Source: Bdellovibrionales bacterium (GTDB taxonomy: Bacteria > Bdellovibrionota > Bdellovibrionia > Bdellovibrionales > UBA1609). Taken from it: a DNA stretch of 64,000 nt. Shown piece after piece: positions 51,652 through 60,306 of the stretch (position 1 is the first letter of the stretch; every line of letters begins with the position of its first letter). The stretch is taken from positions 8,976 through 72,975 of the forward strand of contig JBFWVI010000009.1 in the NCBI GenBank assembly GCA_050246815.1, written 5' to 3'. The notes below the pieces were generated by a model, which saw nothing but the letters and a program-made list of their open reading frames with translations, searched no databases and was not told where the DNA came from. The translations under genes and the position numbers were made by a program.

Positions 51652-53472
51652 ATGGCAGAAACTAGTGGTGGGTCCAAAAAAAGCAAGGCCCAGATCGCGC
51701 GCGAGCAGGTGCTGGCGCAGCTGGATGAGGCTGATAAAGAGGTCCCCGCCAATCCCGGATTGCTTCGTGCAACATCCGGCGGTGAAGAGTTCGCCGCATT
51801 GTTTGAAAAATCGTTGGGTGAGCGCGACTCCAAAGTGGGTGACATCGTCACCGGCCGGGTGGTCGAAGTTCAAAGCGATTACGTCTTAGTCGACATCAAT
51901 TACAAAAGTGAAGGTTTGATCCCGATTTCAGAATTTCGCGTGGTTGAAGGTCAGCGCATGATCGAAGTGGGTCAAGAGGTCGAAGTTTACATCGACCGTG
52001 TTGAAAACGAAAACGGCATGGTTGTTTTGTCGAAAGACAAAGCCGACATGATGCGCGCTTGGAACGATATTTCGCGCGCGGCTGAAAACGAAGAAGTGAT
52101 CGAGGGCACGATCATCGCCAAGGTCAAAGGCGGTCTCAGCGTGGACATCGGCGTGAAAGCCTTCTTGCCGGGCAGCCAAATCGATCTGCGTCCGGTCCGC
52201 AACATGGATGCCTACATCGGCAAACGTTTCAAATTTAAAGTGATCAAATTCAACAAAAAACGTGGCAACATCGTATTGTCTCGCCGTGCATTGCTGGAGC
52301 AAGAGCGCGAAACCCTTCGCACTCAAACTTTGGACGCGATGAAAGAGGGCTCTATCGTCAAAGGGATCGTCAAGAACATCACCGACTACGGTGCGTTCAT
52401 CGACCTGGGCGGCATGGACGGTCTTTTGCACATTACCGACATGAGCTGGGGCCGAGTGAAACATCCTTCGGAAATCCTGCAAGTCGGCGACGAAATCGAA
52501 GTCAAAGTTTTGAAGTTCGACAACGAAAAAGAACGCGTCAGCCTGGGCTTGAAACAACTGAAAGCCGATCCTTGGGAACAAGTGGTCGCTGAGTTTAAAG
52601 TCGGTGCCAAAACCAAAGGCAAAGTGGTCTCGTTGGCTGACTACGGCGCGTTTATCGAATTGGCCGAAGGCATCGAAGGTTTGATCCACGTTTCCGAGAT
52701 GAGCTGGACCAAACGCGTGAAGCACCCTTCGCAACTGGTGAAAGCCGGTGACGAAGTGGACGTTCAAGTGCTTGAAATCGACATGGCCAACCGCCGCATC
52801 AGCCTTGGCATGAAGCAGCTGGAAGCCAACCCATGGGTGGAGCTGAAAGAAAGCTATGCACCGGGCACGATCATCGAAGGCGAAGTGAAGTCGGTCACCG
52901 ATTTCGGCGTGTTTGTAGGTGTAGAAGACGGCATCGATGGTCTGGTTCACATTTCGGATTTCTCGTGGACCAAACGTATCAACCATCCCTCGGAAATGTT
53001 CAAAAAAGGCGACAAAGTTCGTTGCGTGGTTTTGGGCGTGGACATCGAAAACGAGCGTTTCAGCCTTGGCGTGAAACAGCTTGAGGGTGATCCGTGGTCG
53101 AATATCGACGAAAAATATCGCATTGGTAGCCAGCATGACGTGAAAGTCACCAAGACCGCCGACTTTGGCGTGTTCGTGGAGCTTGAGGCCGACATCGAGG
53201 GTTTGATCCACATCAGCGAGCTCAGCACCAAGCGTGTTGAAAAGCCCGAAGACGTGGTCCAAGTGGGCGAAACCGTGAAAGCGGAAGTCATCAGCATCGA
53301 CAAAGACGCGCGCAAGATCGGCTTGAGCGCGAAACTGGTGAAGCTGCGTGAAACTCAAGGCGACGTTGAAGATTACGTCAAAAAGGCCACGGCCACTTCA
53401 AAAACCAGCCTTGGCGATCTGTTCGGTGACACGCTGAAAGCCTCCCTGGGCGAAGGCGATAAAAAGAACTAA
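51652..53472 (+). CDS. rpsA: 30S ribosomal protein S1
   Basis: Six S1 domains (VDINYKSEG.IP..EF, KAFLPGSQID, DYGAF..LGG.DGLLH.TDMSW, EGLIHVSEMSW); SD GAGGAGG; start ATG 51652 or TTG 51646. Confidence 0.97.
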   Translation: MAETSGGSKKSKAQIAREQVLAQLDEADKEVPANPGLLRATSGGEEFAALFEKSLGERDSKVGDIVTGRVVEVQSDYVLVDINYKSEGLIPISEFRVVEGQRMIEVGQEVEVYIDRVENENGMVVLSKDKADMMRAWNDISRAAENEEVIEGTIIAKVKGGLSVDIGVKAFLPGSQIDLRPVRNMDAYIGKRFKFKVIKFNKKRGNIVLSRRALLEQERETLRTQTLDAMKEGSIVKGIVKNITDYGAFIDLGGMDGLLHITDMSWGRVKHPSEILQVGDEIEVKVLKFDNEKERVSLGLKQLKADPWEQVVAEFKVGAKTKGKVVSLADYGAFIELAEGIEGLIHVSEMSWTKRVKHPSQLVKAGDEVDVQVLEIDMANRRISLGMKQLEANPWVELKESYAPGTIIEGEVKSVTDFGVFVGVEDGIDGLVHISDFSWTKRINHPSEMFKKGDKVRCVVLGVDIENERFSLGVKQLEGDPWSNIDEKYRIGSQHDVKVTKTADFGVFVELEADIEGLIHISELSTKRVEKPEDVVQVGETVKAEVISIDKDARKIGLSAKLVKLRETQGDVEDYVKKATATSKTSLGDLFGDTLKASLGEGDKKN

Positions 53473-53493
53473 TTGGTCCGAAGTTCCATATTG

Positions 53494-53558
53494 ACCCACT
53501 GAGTCTCATTGGGTGACTGCCTAAGCAGTCACCCAATATCTGGTCCAGTGGGTTTTTT
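53494..53558 (+). terminator. Long hairpin terminator after rpsA
   Basis: 13-bp inner stem ATTGGGTGACTGC-CTAA-GCAGTCACCCAAT, outer stem ACCCACTG/CAGTGGGT, then a T run. Confidence 0.75.
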
Positions 53559-53619
53559 GTTTTTGGCTTACGCCTGAGGGCTTGATAAAACTTCAGGGCT
53601 CACTTTGAAAGGGGCCCGC

Positions 53620-54543
53620 ATGCGTAAATTCTTAAGTACTTTCTTCACTGGCGTTGGCATTTTGGTGGTGGGTGGTTGCCTGCTTGGCATCGGCAGCATG
53701 TTCGCGGTGGTTCAACCCACGGAATTGCGAATCAAAAAGAACAGCATTTTATTTTTAAAACTCGATGGCGTGATCATGGATGGCGAAAAGTTTTTAGAGA
53801 AACTGCGCCGCTATCGCAAAGAGGACTCCATTAAAGGCGTATTGGTGCAGATCAATTCGCCCGGCGGGGCGGTGGGCCCCAGTCAAGAGATCTACGCCGA
53901 ACTCAAGCGCACGCGGGAAGAGTTTAAGAAACCTGTCGTCGTTTCTTGTTTGAGTGTGGCCGCAAGTGGCGCCTATTATGCGGCCGCTGCAGCGGATAAG
54001 TTTATCACCACCCCGGGCTGCATGGTCGGCTCGATCGGCGTGATCATGGAGTTCGCCAATTTAGAAAAGCTTTTCGACTGGGCAAAGGTGAGCCGCTATT
54101 CGATCAAGACCGGTAAATTCAAAGACACCGGTGCCGAATACCGTGGCATGACCGAAGAAGAGCGACAGCTGATGCAGGGTTTGGTCAACGATGTGTTGGT
54201 GCAATTCAAATCCGACATTGTGAATGGCCGCAAGATGAAGCCAGAGGTGGTGGATTATTATGCTGATGGACGCGTGTTCACCGGCGCCATGGCGGTCAAG
54301 TATGGATTCGCCGATCAAACAGGAACTTTAGACGACGCCAAAAAAGTGGTGGGTGAAATGGTGGGGCTTGGGGCCCACCCCGAGTTGTTTAAGCCGCGCA
54401 GTTGGTCACGAGATGATTGGCGCATGTTTTTTGAAGAAGAGGAAAGCTCTTCGAAAATGCTACATCGTTTAATGGATGGCGCGGTGGGCCTGCAGATGCG
54501 CGGTCAGCCTTTGTTGATTTGGCCCGGGGCTTTGGGAATTTAG
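53620..54543 (+). CDS. sppA: Signal peptide peptidase SppA (S49)
   Basis: INSPGG.V..SQEI, AASGAYY, GSIGV, K.GKFKD, ADGRVFTG. Confidence 0.93.
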   Translation: MRKFLSTFFTGVGILVVGGCLLGIGSMFAVVQPTELRIKKNSILFLKLDGVIMDGEKFLEKLRRYRKEDSIKGVLVQINSPGGAVGPSQEIYAELKRTREEFKKPVVVSCLSVAASGAYYAAAAADKFITTPGCMVGSIGVIMEFANLEKLFDWAKVSRYSIKTGKFKDTGAEYRGMTEEERQLMQGLVNDVLVQFKSDIVNGRKMKPEVVDYYADGRVFTGAMAVKYGFADQTGTLDDAKKVVGEMVGLGAHPELFKPRSWSRDDWRMFFEEEESSSKMLHRLMDGAVGLQMRGQPLLIWPGALGI

Positions 54544-54544
54544 T

Positions 54545-55144
54545 ATGGCAAAATCGGGTGCGAAGAAAAAAGCCAAGAAGCTCAAGGCGGGCACAAAGGG
54601 CAAAAGCGCCGGGCGGCGCACGGGTGTTGTCGCCCTTTCGCACGATATTTGGCCGCAAGAACGCGATGTGATGGCGCGCCCTGAACGTTACAAATATGTG
54701 CGTCAGCTGATCAAAACTGAAGGCTGTGTGTTTTGTTCGGCACTGAAGAAAGGTCTTGGGGCCGAAAGTCTGGTGCTTTATAAAAACGACAAGGCCATGG
54801 TGATGCTGAACAAATATCCATACAACAGCGGCCATTTGTTGGTGTTGCCCACGCGTCATGTCGGTAATTTAATGGAACTGAAAGACGAAGAGTATTTGGA
54901 GGTCCAGCGTCAATTGCGTCGGGCCGCCAAGGCCGTGATAGACTGCTACCAGTGCACGGGTTTTAATTTGGGATTGAACCATGGCAAAGTGGCTGGTGCG
55001 GGAATCCCGGATCACTTGCATTGGCATGTGGTTCCCCGTTGGGCAGGCGACACTAACTTTTTTCCGCTGATTGCGGAAACCAAGGTGCTGATCGAAACTT
55101 TGGATCAGACGTTTGATCGCCTAAAAAACTTTTTTAAAGAGTGA
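54545..55144 (+). CDS. HIT-family nucleotide hydrolase
   Basis: CVFC, LNKYPYNSGHLLV.P.RH, histidine triad HLHWHVVPRW.GD.NF. Confidence 0.93.
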   Translation: MAKSGAKKKAKKLKAGTKGKSAGRRTGVVALSHDIWPQERDVMARPERYKYVRQLIKTEGCVFCSALKKGLGAESLVLYKNDKAMVMLNKYPYNSGHLLVLPTRHVGNLMELKDEEYLEVQRQLRRAAKAVIDCYQCTGFNLGLNHGKVAGAGIPDHLHWHVVPRWAGDTNFFPLIAETKVLIETLDQTFDRLKNFFKE

Positions 55145-55149
55145 GTTGA

Positions 55150-55587
55150 ATGGACCCATTTTCTAACAGCAGCGAATTCAAATTGGATCACATCGGCATT
55201 GCCGTACAAAACCTCGAACAGGGCGCAGCCTTTTACAAGGCCCTGGGTTTTTTGGGCATGCACATCGAAGTGGTGCCCACCGAAAAAGTGAAAGTGGGCA
55301 TGTTCGAGTTGGCCAACCAGGCTCGTGTTGAGTTACTTGAGCCGGTGACACCCGATTCTGCGGTGGGCAAGTTCTTGGAAAAGCGGGGGCCTGGTATTCA
55401 CCACATCTGCTTTAAAGTGAAAGACATTCGCTCGATCATGCGCCGTTTGGAAGAGGCCGGCATGCAGCTAATCAACAAAGAGCCCACCCCTGGCGCCCAC
55501 AACTGTCTGGTGGCCTTTGTGCACCCAAAATCGACAGGTGGCGTGTTGATTGAGCTCAGTGAATCTCAGGCCCAAGGAGACGACTGA
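55150..55587 (+). CDS. mce: Methylmalonyl-CoA epimerase (VOC family)
   Basis: DHIGIAV, ELLEP, KFLEKRGPGIHHI, FVHPKSTGGVLIEL. Confidence 0.9.
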   Translation: MDPFSNSSEFKLDHIGIAVQNLEQGAAFYKALGFLGMHIEVVPTEKVKVGMFELANQARVELLEPVTPDSAVGKFLEKRGPGIHHICFKVKDIRSIMRRLEEAGMQLINKEPTPGAHNCLVAFVHPKSTGGVLIELSESQAQGDD

Positions 55588-56348
55588 TGCAGGGGCCCCA
55601 ACTGCAGTTGGCTGTGCCGATGACCCCCATGGTGAAGCGACTCATCATCGCCAACATGGCGCTGTGGGTGGGCCTGATTTTAATCCTGCAAAAATGGATA
55701 TTGAATCAGCCGTATATTTTCAGTTGGTTTGGTTTTGTACCGTCCTCGGTTTTGCTGGATTTTTGGCTTTGGCAGCCCTTTACATACATGTTCATCCACT
55801 CGGACAATGTTTTCCACGTTATCTTCAATATGTTGGTGGTGTGGTGGTTTGGGGCCGACCTTGAGTCCCGTTGGGGAGGGCGCTTTTTTTTGCTCTACTA
55901 CCTGGTGTGTGGTGCGGGTGCGGCATTTTTGTATTTAGGCGCGGTGGTGGTTTACAGTCTGGCGACCGGTGATTCGCTGCCCTTGTCTGCCCCGGTGGTG
56001 GGCGCCTCGGGTGCTGTATTTGGCCTGATGTACGCCTATGGTAAGTTGTTTGGCGACCGCATGATCTATTTTATGATGATGTTCCCCATGAAGGCGCGCA
56101 TGTTTGTGATGCTGATCGGGGCTGTGGAGGTTTTGAACCTGCTGAGCAGTGGTCTGCAGTCGCAAACAGCCAACTTGGCCCATCTGGGGGGGCTCGTAGT
56201 GGGTTTTGGATTCTTGAAGTTTTGGGACAATTGGCAGAGCCGTGGCCCACGACGCCGGGCGGCGCAAAAGCATGGACGAACCCTGAAACTCGTAGTAAAT
56301 AACGAGACTTCCAGTGGGGATAAAAATCCCCCCCGTTACTGGAATTGA
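55587..56348 (+). CDS. Rhomboid-family intramembrane serine protease
   Basis: WQPFTYMF.H, H..FNM, GASGAVFG, AHLGG. Confidence 0.93.
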   Translation: MQGPQLQLAVPMTPMVKRLIIANMALWVGLILILQKWILNQPYIFSWFGFVPSSVLLDFWLWQPFTYMFIHSDNVFHVIFNMLVVWWFGADLESRWGGRFFLLYYLVCGAGAAFLYLGAVVVYSLATGDSLPLSAPVVGASGAVFGLMYAYGKLFGDRMIYFMMMFPMKARMFVMLIGAVEVLNLLSSGLQSQTANLAHLGGLVVGFGFLKFWDNWQSRGPRRRAAQKHGRTLKLVVNNETSSGDKNPPRYWN

Positions 56349-56372
56349 TGATTTTTCTGCGGAGGTTTTAAG

Positions 56373-56558
56373 ATGGAACTGCATGAGGCTTTACAACTGG
56401 TGAAGTTCGATAAGCGTCTGCTGGATTGGCACATCCGCCAAGGCACCATCACGGCCGCGGATGTTGAAAAGCACATCAAATCCTTGCCGGATTCATCCGC
56501 ACAAGCCATGCAAATCGAGCTGGATAGCGACAACAACAGCTCCGATTTCGAACAGTAA
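56373..56558 (+). CDS. Small hypothetical protein
   Basis: SD GGAGG, 61 aa, FDKR...W....G.IT.......SLPD pattern, last gene of the housekeeping run. Confidence 0.75.
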   Translation: MELHEALQLVKFDKRLLDWHIRQGTITAADVEKHIKSLPDSSAQAMQIELDSDNNSSDFEQ

Positions 56559-56632
56559 TTCAGAAGCAGAGACCCCTGAGACTGGGGCCTGTCGGCTGAG
56601 GCCGAGAACTGTTACGGTTAGATCCAATTTTC

Positions 56633-56647
56633 GTTTCAAGTTGAGAC
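56633..56647. promoter_or_regulatory. GTCTCA-N3-TGAGAC-like palindrome (1 mismatch)
   Basis: GTTTCAAGTTGAGAC in the intergenic region before the 56777 lipoprotein gene. Confidence 0.5.
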
Positions 56648-56776
56648 AGTCCAACGTTTGAGGACGCTGTTGATTTCCTGCTCATGTATAAGCCTTGGCG
56701 CGCCAGATCCATCAAGTGCAATTTAAAAGAGACCCTATTTTGCATCACTTAAAACGGTTACAAACGGGGGACGTGT

Positions 56777-58570
56777 ATGCGCATTTCAATCAACAAAATT
56801 GTCAAACTTCTATGCGGTATTGGTGCCGCGAGTTTGTTAATCGTAGGATTTCAAAACTGTTCGCAGGGATTTAATACACCAACATCTTCAACCTCGGGTG
56901 CATCAGGGCTTCCTGGCGGTTCTTTGCCGCCACCGCCCAATGTGACCGACGGGTTGAAACTGAATGTTTCATATGTCGACCAGACTTCTGCCCAATTCGT
57001 CACTTTCAAAGGGGTCGTCGACGCGGCTATGGCGGGTAACCCCGACTATGGTTTTGAACCTCAACACGCGGCCCTGATGTTTCGAATCACGGGTGAAACT
57101 CGCTATTGCGATTACGCAATTGAGTTCGCAGAAACCTGTCCGTCTCGTTACGAAGACGCCACCTGTGGCGTGCGCGGCGCCGAGGCCGCGATTGCCGCAG
57201 GCAATCGACCACGAGTCAGCGGAGATTCTTATCTGGAGGTCGGTCCCATTGTCGGCTCTTTGGCCTTGACCTACAGTTGGTGCGGCAATCGGATGAGCAA
57301 CGAGCAAAAAGCGCGTTGGGCCAACTATATCAATCAGGCGATTTTCAATGTTTGGCACCCCGAGGAGGCCACTTGGGGTGGCCGTGCCGCCACGTGGTCG
57401 GGATGGTCGATCAACAACCCGGGCAACAACTACTACTACAGTTTTTTAGAAGCGACGATGTACTGGGCCTTGGCGACCAATGACACCGCGCTATTGAACT
57501 TCCTGCGCGACAACAAACTTAAAGCTTTGACTGATTACTATGCGTTGATTCCCGGCGGTGGCAGTCTTGAAGGCACCGGCTACGGTGCCGCGCACATGCG
57601 GCTCTTTCATCTTTATCAAGTTTGGAAAGATTCAACAGGTCAGGATTTAAGCCAAGTGAGCAGTCATTTGAATGACAGCATTCGCTATTGGGTTCACGCG
57701 ACAACTCCGAATCGCGCCTATTACGCGCCGATAGGTGATTTGGCGCGGTCGTCGTTCCCGGATCTGTTCGATTACCATCGTCGGATTGTGCTGGAAGCTC
57801 GTCACCTGACACCCAACGTGGAGTTGCAAAACTTAGCTTCATGGTGGCTGAATCATATTTCAGTTCCGCGCATGAGTCGTCGTATTGATTCACAGTGGGA
57901 TCTTTTGCCGGCAGGCACGAATATGGCGGCCGCACCCAATGAACCTTTGGTTTATCGTGCGACGGGTGTGGGTCGAATCTTTGCACGTACCGGCTGGGAC
58001 ACGGGCGCCTTATGGATGACTTTTGGCGCGGGCCCTTACAATGAAAGTCACGCTCACCAAGATCAGGGCTCTTTTGAACTGGCCAACAACAACTGGCTGG
58101 CCGTGACCAATAATATTTATTCGGCCAGTGGAATAGAGCAAGCCACAGATTATCAAAACATCGTGAGGTTCGTCCAAAATGGCAACCTTGTTCCACAGAG
58201 GGAAGGCACAACCTCCACGATGGTGGTCAATCAGATGGCGCCGACTGGTGAATTGGATGTCACAGCAAATTTAACACCCGCTTATGGTGCGAACGCTCCT
58301 GTACAAAACTGGGTCAGAAACGTTCGCTTTGCTGCTCGTCGGCTGACGGTGACAGATCAGTTTGCGTTGGGCGCGAACACACAAGGTATTTTTCAAGTTC
58401 ATGTTCCGGTGCAACCCGTGGTGAATGGCAATGTGGTTACGGCGGGTGCTTTAAGAATTACTGTTTTGAGTCCGGCCAATCCGACCATCACCGTAGTCAA
58501 TCAAGGCCGATTCCGTGTGGACATTGCCGGTGGGACGGTAGGTTACACGGTTGAACTGACCGATCAATAG
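56777..58570 (+). CDS. Lipoprotein, heparinase II/III-like (putative polysaccharide lyase)
   Basis: FQNC signal, Pro-rich linker, helical domain with NNYY and EGTGYG, then ARTGWD..A.W..F..GP...SHAHQDQGSF. Confidence 0.7.
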   Translation: MRISINKIVKLLCGIGAASLLIVGFQNCSQGFNTPTSSTSGASGLPGGSLPPPPNVTDGLKLNVSYVDQTSAQFVTFKGVVDAAMAGNPDYGFEPQHAALMFRITGETRYCDYAIEFAETCPSRYEDATCGVRGAEAAIAAGNRPRVSGDSYLEVGPIVGSLALTYSWCGNRMSNEQKARWANYINQAIFNVWHPEEATWGGRAATWSGWSINNPGNNYYYSFLEATMYWALATNDTALLNFLRDNKLKALTDYYALIPGGGSLEGTGYGAAHMRLFHLYQVWKDSTGQDLSQVSSHLNDSIRYWVHATTPNRAYYAPIGDLARSSFPDLFDYHRRIVLEARHLTPNVELQNLASWWLNHISVPRMSRRIDSQWDLLPAGTNMAAAPNEPLVYRATGVGRIFARTGWDTGALWMTFGAGPYNESHAHQDQGSFELANNNWLAVTNNIYSASGIEQATDYQNIVRFVQNGNLVPQREGTTSTMVVNQMAPTGELDVTANLTPAYGANAPVQNWVRNVRFAARRLTVTDQFALGANTQGIFQVHVPVQPVVNGNVVTAGALRITVLSPANPTITVVNQGRFRVDIAGGTVGYTVELTDQ

Positions 58571-58581
58571 GGTGGGGCAGA

Positions 58582-60270
58582 ATGCAAGACTTCAGATTGT
58601 TTAAAAAGAACCATTTGATTTTGGTCCTTTTGGCGCTTGTCACGGTGATTTTATTTCAAAACTGTTCGTCGGGTTATGACTCGACATCGACAGGCGAAGA
58701 CAGCGCTTCACAAGGCGGCGGGACAGCTCCTCCACCGGTGAATCCTCCGCCTGTCAACCCTCCACCGGGCCCGGCGCCAAGCTTGTCGGGTTTGTTCGTG
58801 ACCCTGCCGGCAACTGGCACCACGGATGTAATTCTGCATCCCAGTGCGCAGGCTGTCGGAGTCAGCAATCAAACCGTTATTTTTGGCCTGCCTTTTCCTA
58901 GGGGAGCAGTTTCGGATGCAAACTTAATTCGTGTTTTGGACGGCGCGGGGCAAGAAATACCGGCGCAGGTGAGTGCACTTAACTTTTGGCGTGATTTTCA
59001 GAACCCAGCGCAAATCATTTCCATTCGCAGTGTGCGAATAGTTTTGCAAAGAACTTTTGCGAACACCAACCCGGTCACGATTCGCATCCAGTATGGCGTC
59101 AGCAGAAATCTAAATTTAGCGGGTAACTTTGTACCCACCGACTATTGGCAATCGATTGCAGTCGGACCTAACCCCACCGAATACCCTGCGGCCGCCAATG
59201 TTCGTGAACCCATCGTCTATGCCACTCTTTCGCCGCAGTGGATGAGCCAGAGCCTTCTGCAGACTCGCACGACAACTGCGAATTCGATTGCGGCGTATGG
59301 TGTGTTCGACACGGCCTTTCTTGCTCATAGCAACACGGTTGTGACAGGCGCTGCTTACCAGACGGGTTCTGAGCCTTGGCTTTATGATCGTGCACAAACA
59401 CTTTATATTGCCTATTTTAGGACAGGCGACCTTGTTCGCCTACGTCACGCCCACCGGGCGGCTCAGTTTTATAAGGCCAACATAGGCAACAATGGGGCCT
59501 TCGCGTTGGGCGGTGATGCAAAATATGTTTATGGTCAGTCCATGTTGTATGACTATATGCTGTTGGCTGATGAGAGCCTTTTGGCCGTCATTGAGCGAGC
59601 GACGTTGCCGCACGCCGGATGGCCGACTAATTTTTCTGCGAACACGAATTTTTGGACCGAGCGCAACAGTGCTTATGCGTTGCAAGCCGTTTTGGCTGCC
59701 TTCGATGCGGTGGGAACCGCGGCGTACGCGACCCGTGCAAGAGCCTTGTTCAATAGCTATTTTTCAATGCAACAAACCCCGATTAACAATTGGCTGAAAA
59801 ACGGTTGTCCACTGCATACGGCCGCGCAACATGATCCTTCAGAAGATTTGCCTGCTGTGGTTTGTTCGCCTTGGATGGGCGCCCTGTTGTCTGAAGCTGT
59901 TTGGAAGTATTATTTACTTTCAGGTGACAACAATGCGTTGATCTATTTGGCCGATTATGCGGATTACATTCAAGCCTACGCGCTTTATTCTGAGGGCAAC
60001 GTCAGATTGCCTTATTATGGTGCAAGCAGTTTTGGCACCACAGATCCAGACGGAGACCGCGAGCATGCCTGCGACGTGTTTGGCGCCTTGGCGCGGGGGT
60101 TTTGGGCGAAACGAGCCTTGGCCCGCAATGCCGCGAACCTGCAGGCGGATGTCACCGCCTTGTTGAGTTCGTGCCAGAACAACGTCAGCTCATCAGGATT
60201 AAGTCCGCTTAGAAAGTACAGCTGGTGGTTTGGCACCAACTCCGATTTTGCCTGGTTTTTAACTCAGTGA
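58582..60270 (+). CDS. Lipoprotein, putative alpha/alpha-barrel glycan-processing enzyme
   Basis: FQNC signal, (PPPVN)2 linker, FGLPFPRG..L...G.EIPAQ domain recalled from PcRGLX/YetA-like proteins, then helical repeats (Y.RTGD, FWTER, SPWM..LL). Confidence 0.55.
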   Translation: MQDFRLFKKNHLILVLLALVTVILFQNCSSGYDSTSTGEDSASQGGGTAPPPVNPPPVNPPPGPAPSLSGLFVTLPATGTTDVILHPSAQAVGVSNQTVIFGLPFPRGAVSDANLIRVLDGAGQEIPAQVSALNFWRDFQNPAQIISIRSVRIVLQRTFANTNPVTIRIQYGVSRNLNLAGNFVPTDYWQSIAVGPNPTEYPAAANVREPIVYATLSPQWMSQSLLQTRTTTANSIAAYGVFDTAFLAHSNTVVTGAAYQTGSEPWLYDRAQTLYIAYFRTGDLVRLRHAHRAAQFYKANIGNNGAFALGGDAKYVYGQSMLYDYMLLADESLLAVIERATLPHAGWPTNFSANTNFWTERNSAYALQAVLAAFDAVGTAAYATRARALFNSYFSMQQTPINNWLKNGCPLHTAAQHDPSEDLPAVVCSPWMGALLSEAVWKYYLLSGDNNALIYLADYADYIQAYALYSEGNVRLPYYGASSFGTTDPDGDREHACDVFGALARGFWAKRALARNAANLQADVTALLSSCQNNVSSSGLSPLRKYSWWFGTNSDFAWFLTQ

Positions 60271-60306
60271 CGTTTTTGCGTTTGTGGTCAGCTATTGGGC
60301 AGTGCT

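Noticed and set aside
51928..53358. 476-aa antisense ORF opposite rpsA
   Set aside because: Shadow frame produced by the strong codon bias of a highly expressed gene; no recognisable motifs
53503..53508. GTCTCA half-site after rpsA
   Set aside because: No TGAGAC partner; it is part of the terminator hairpin
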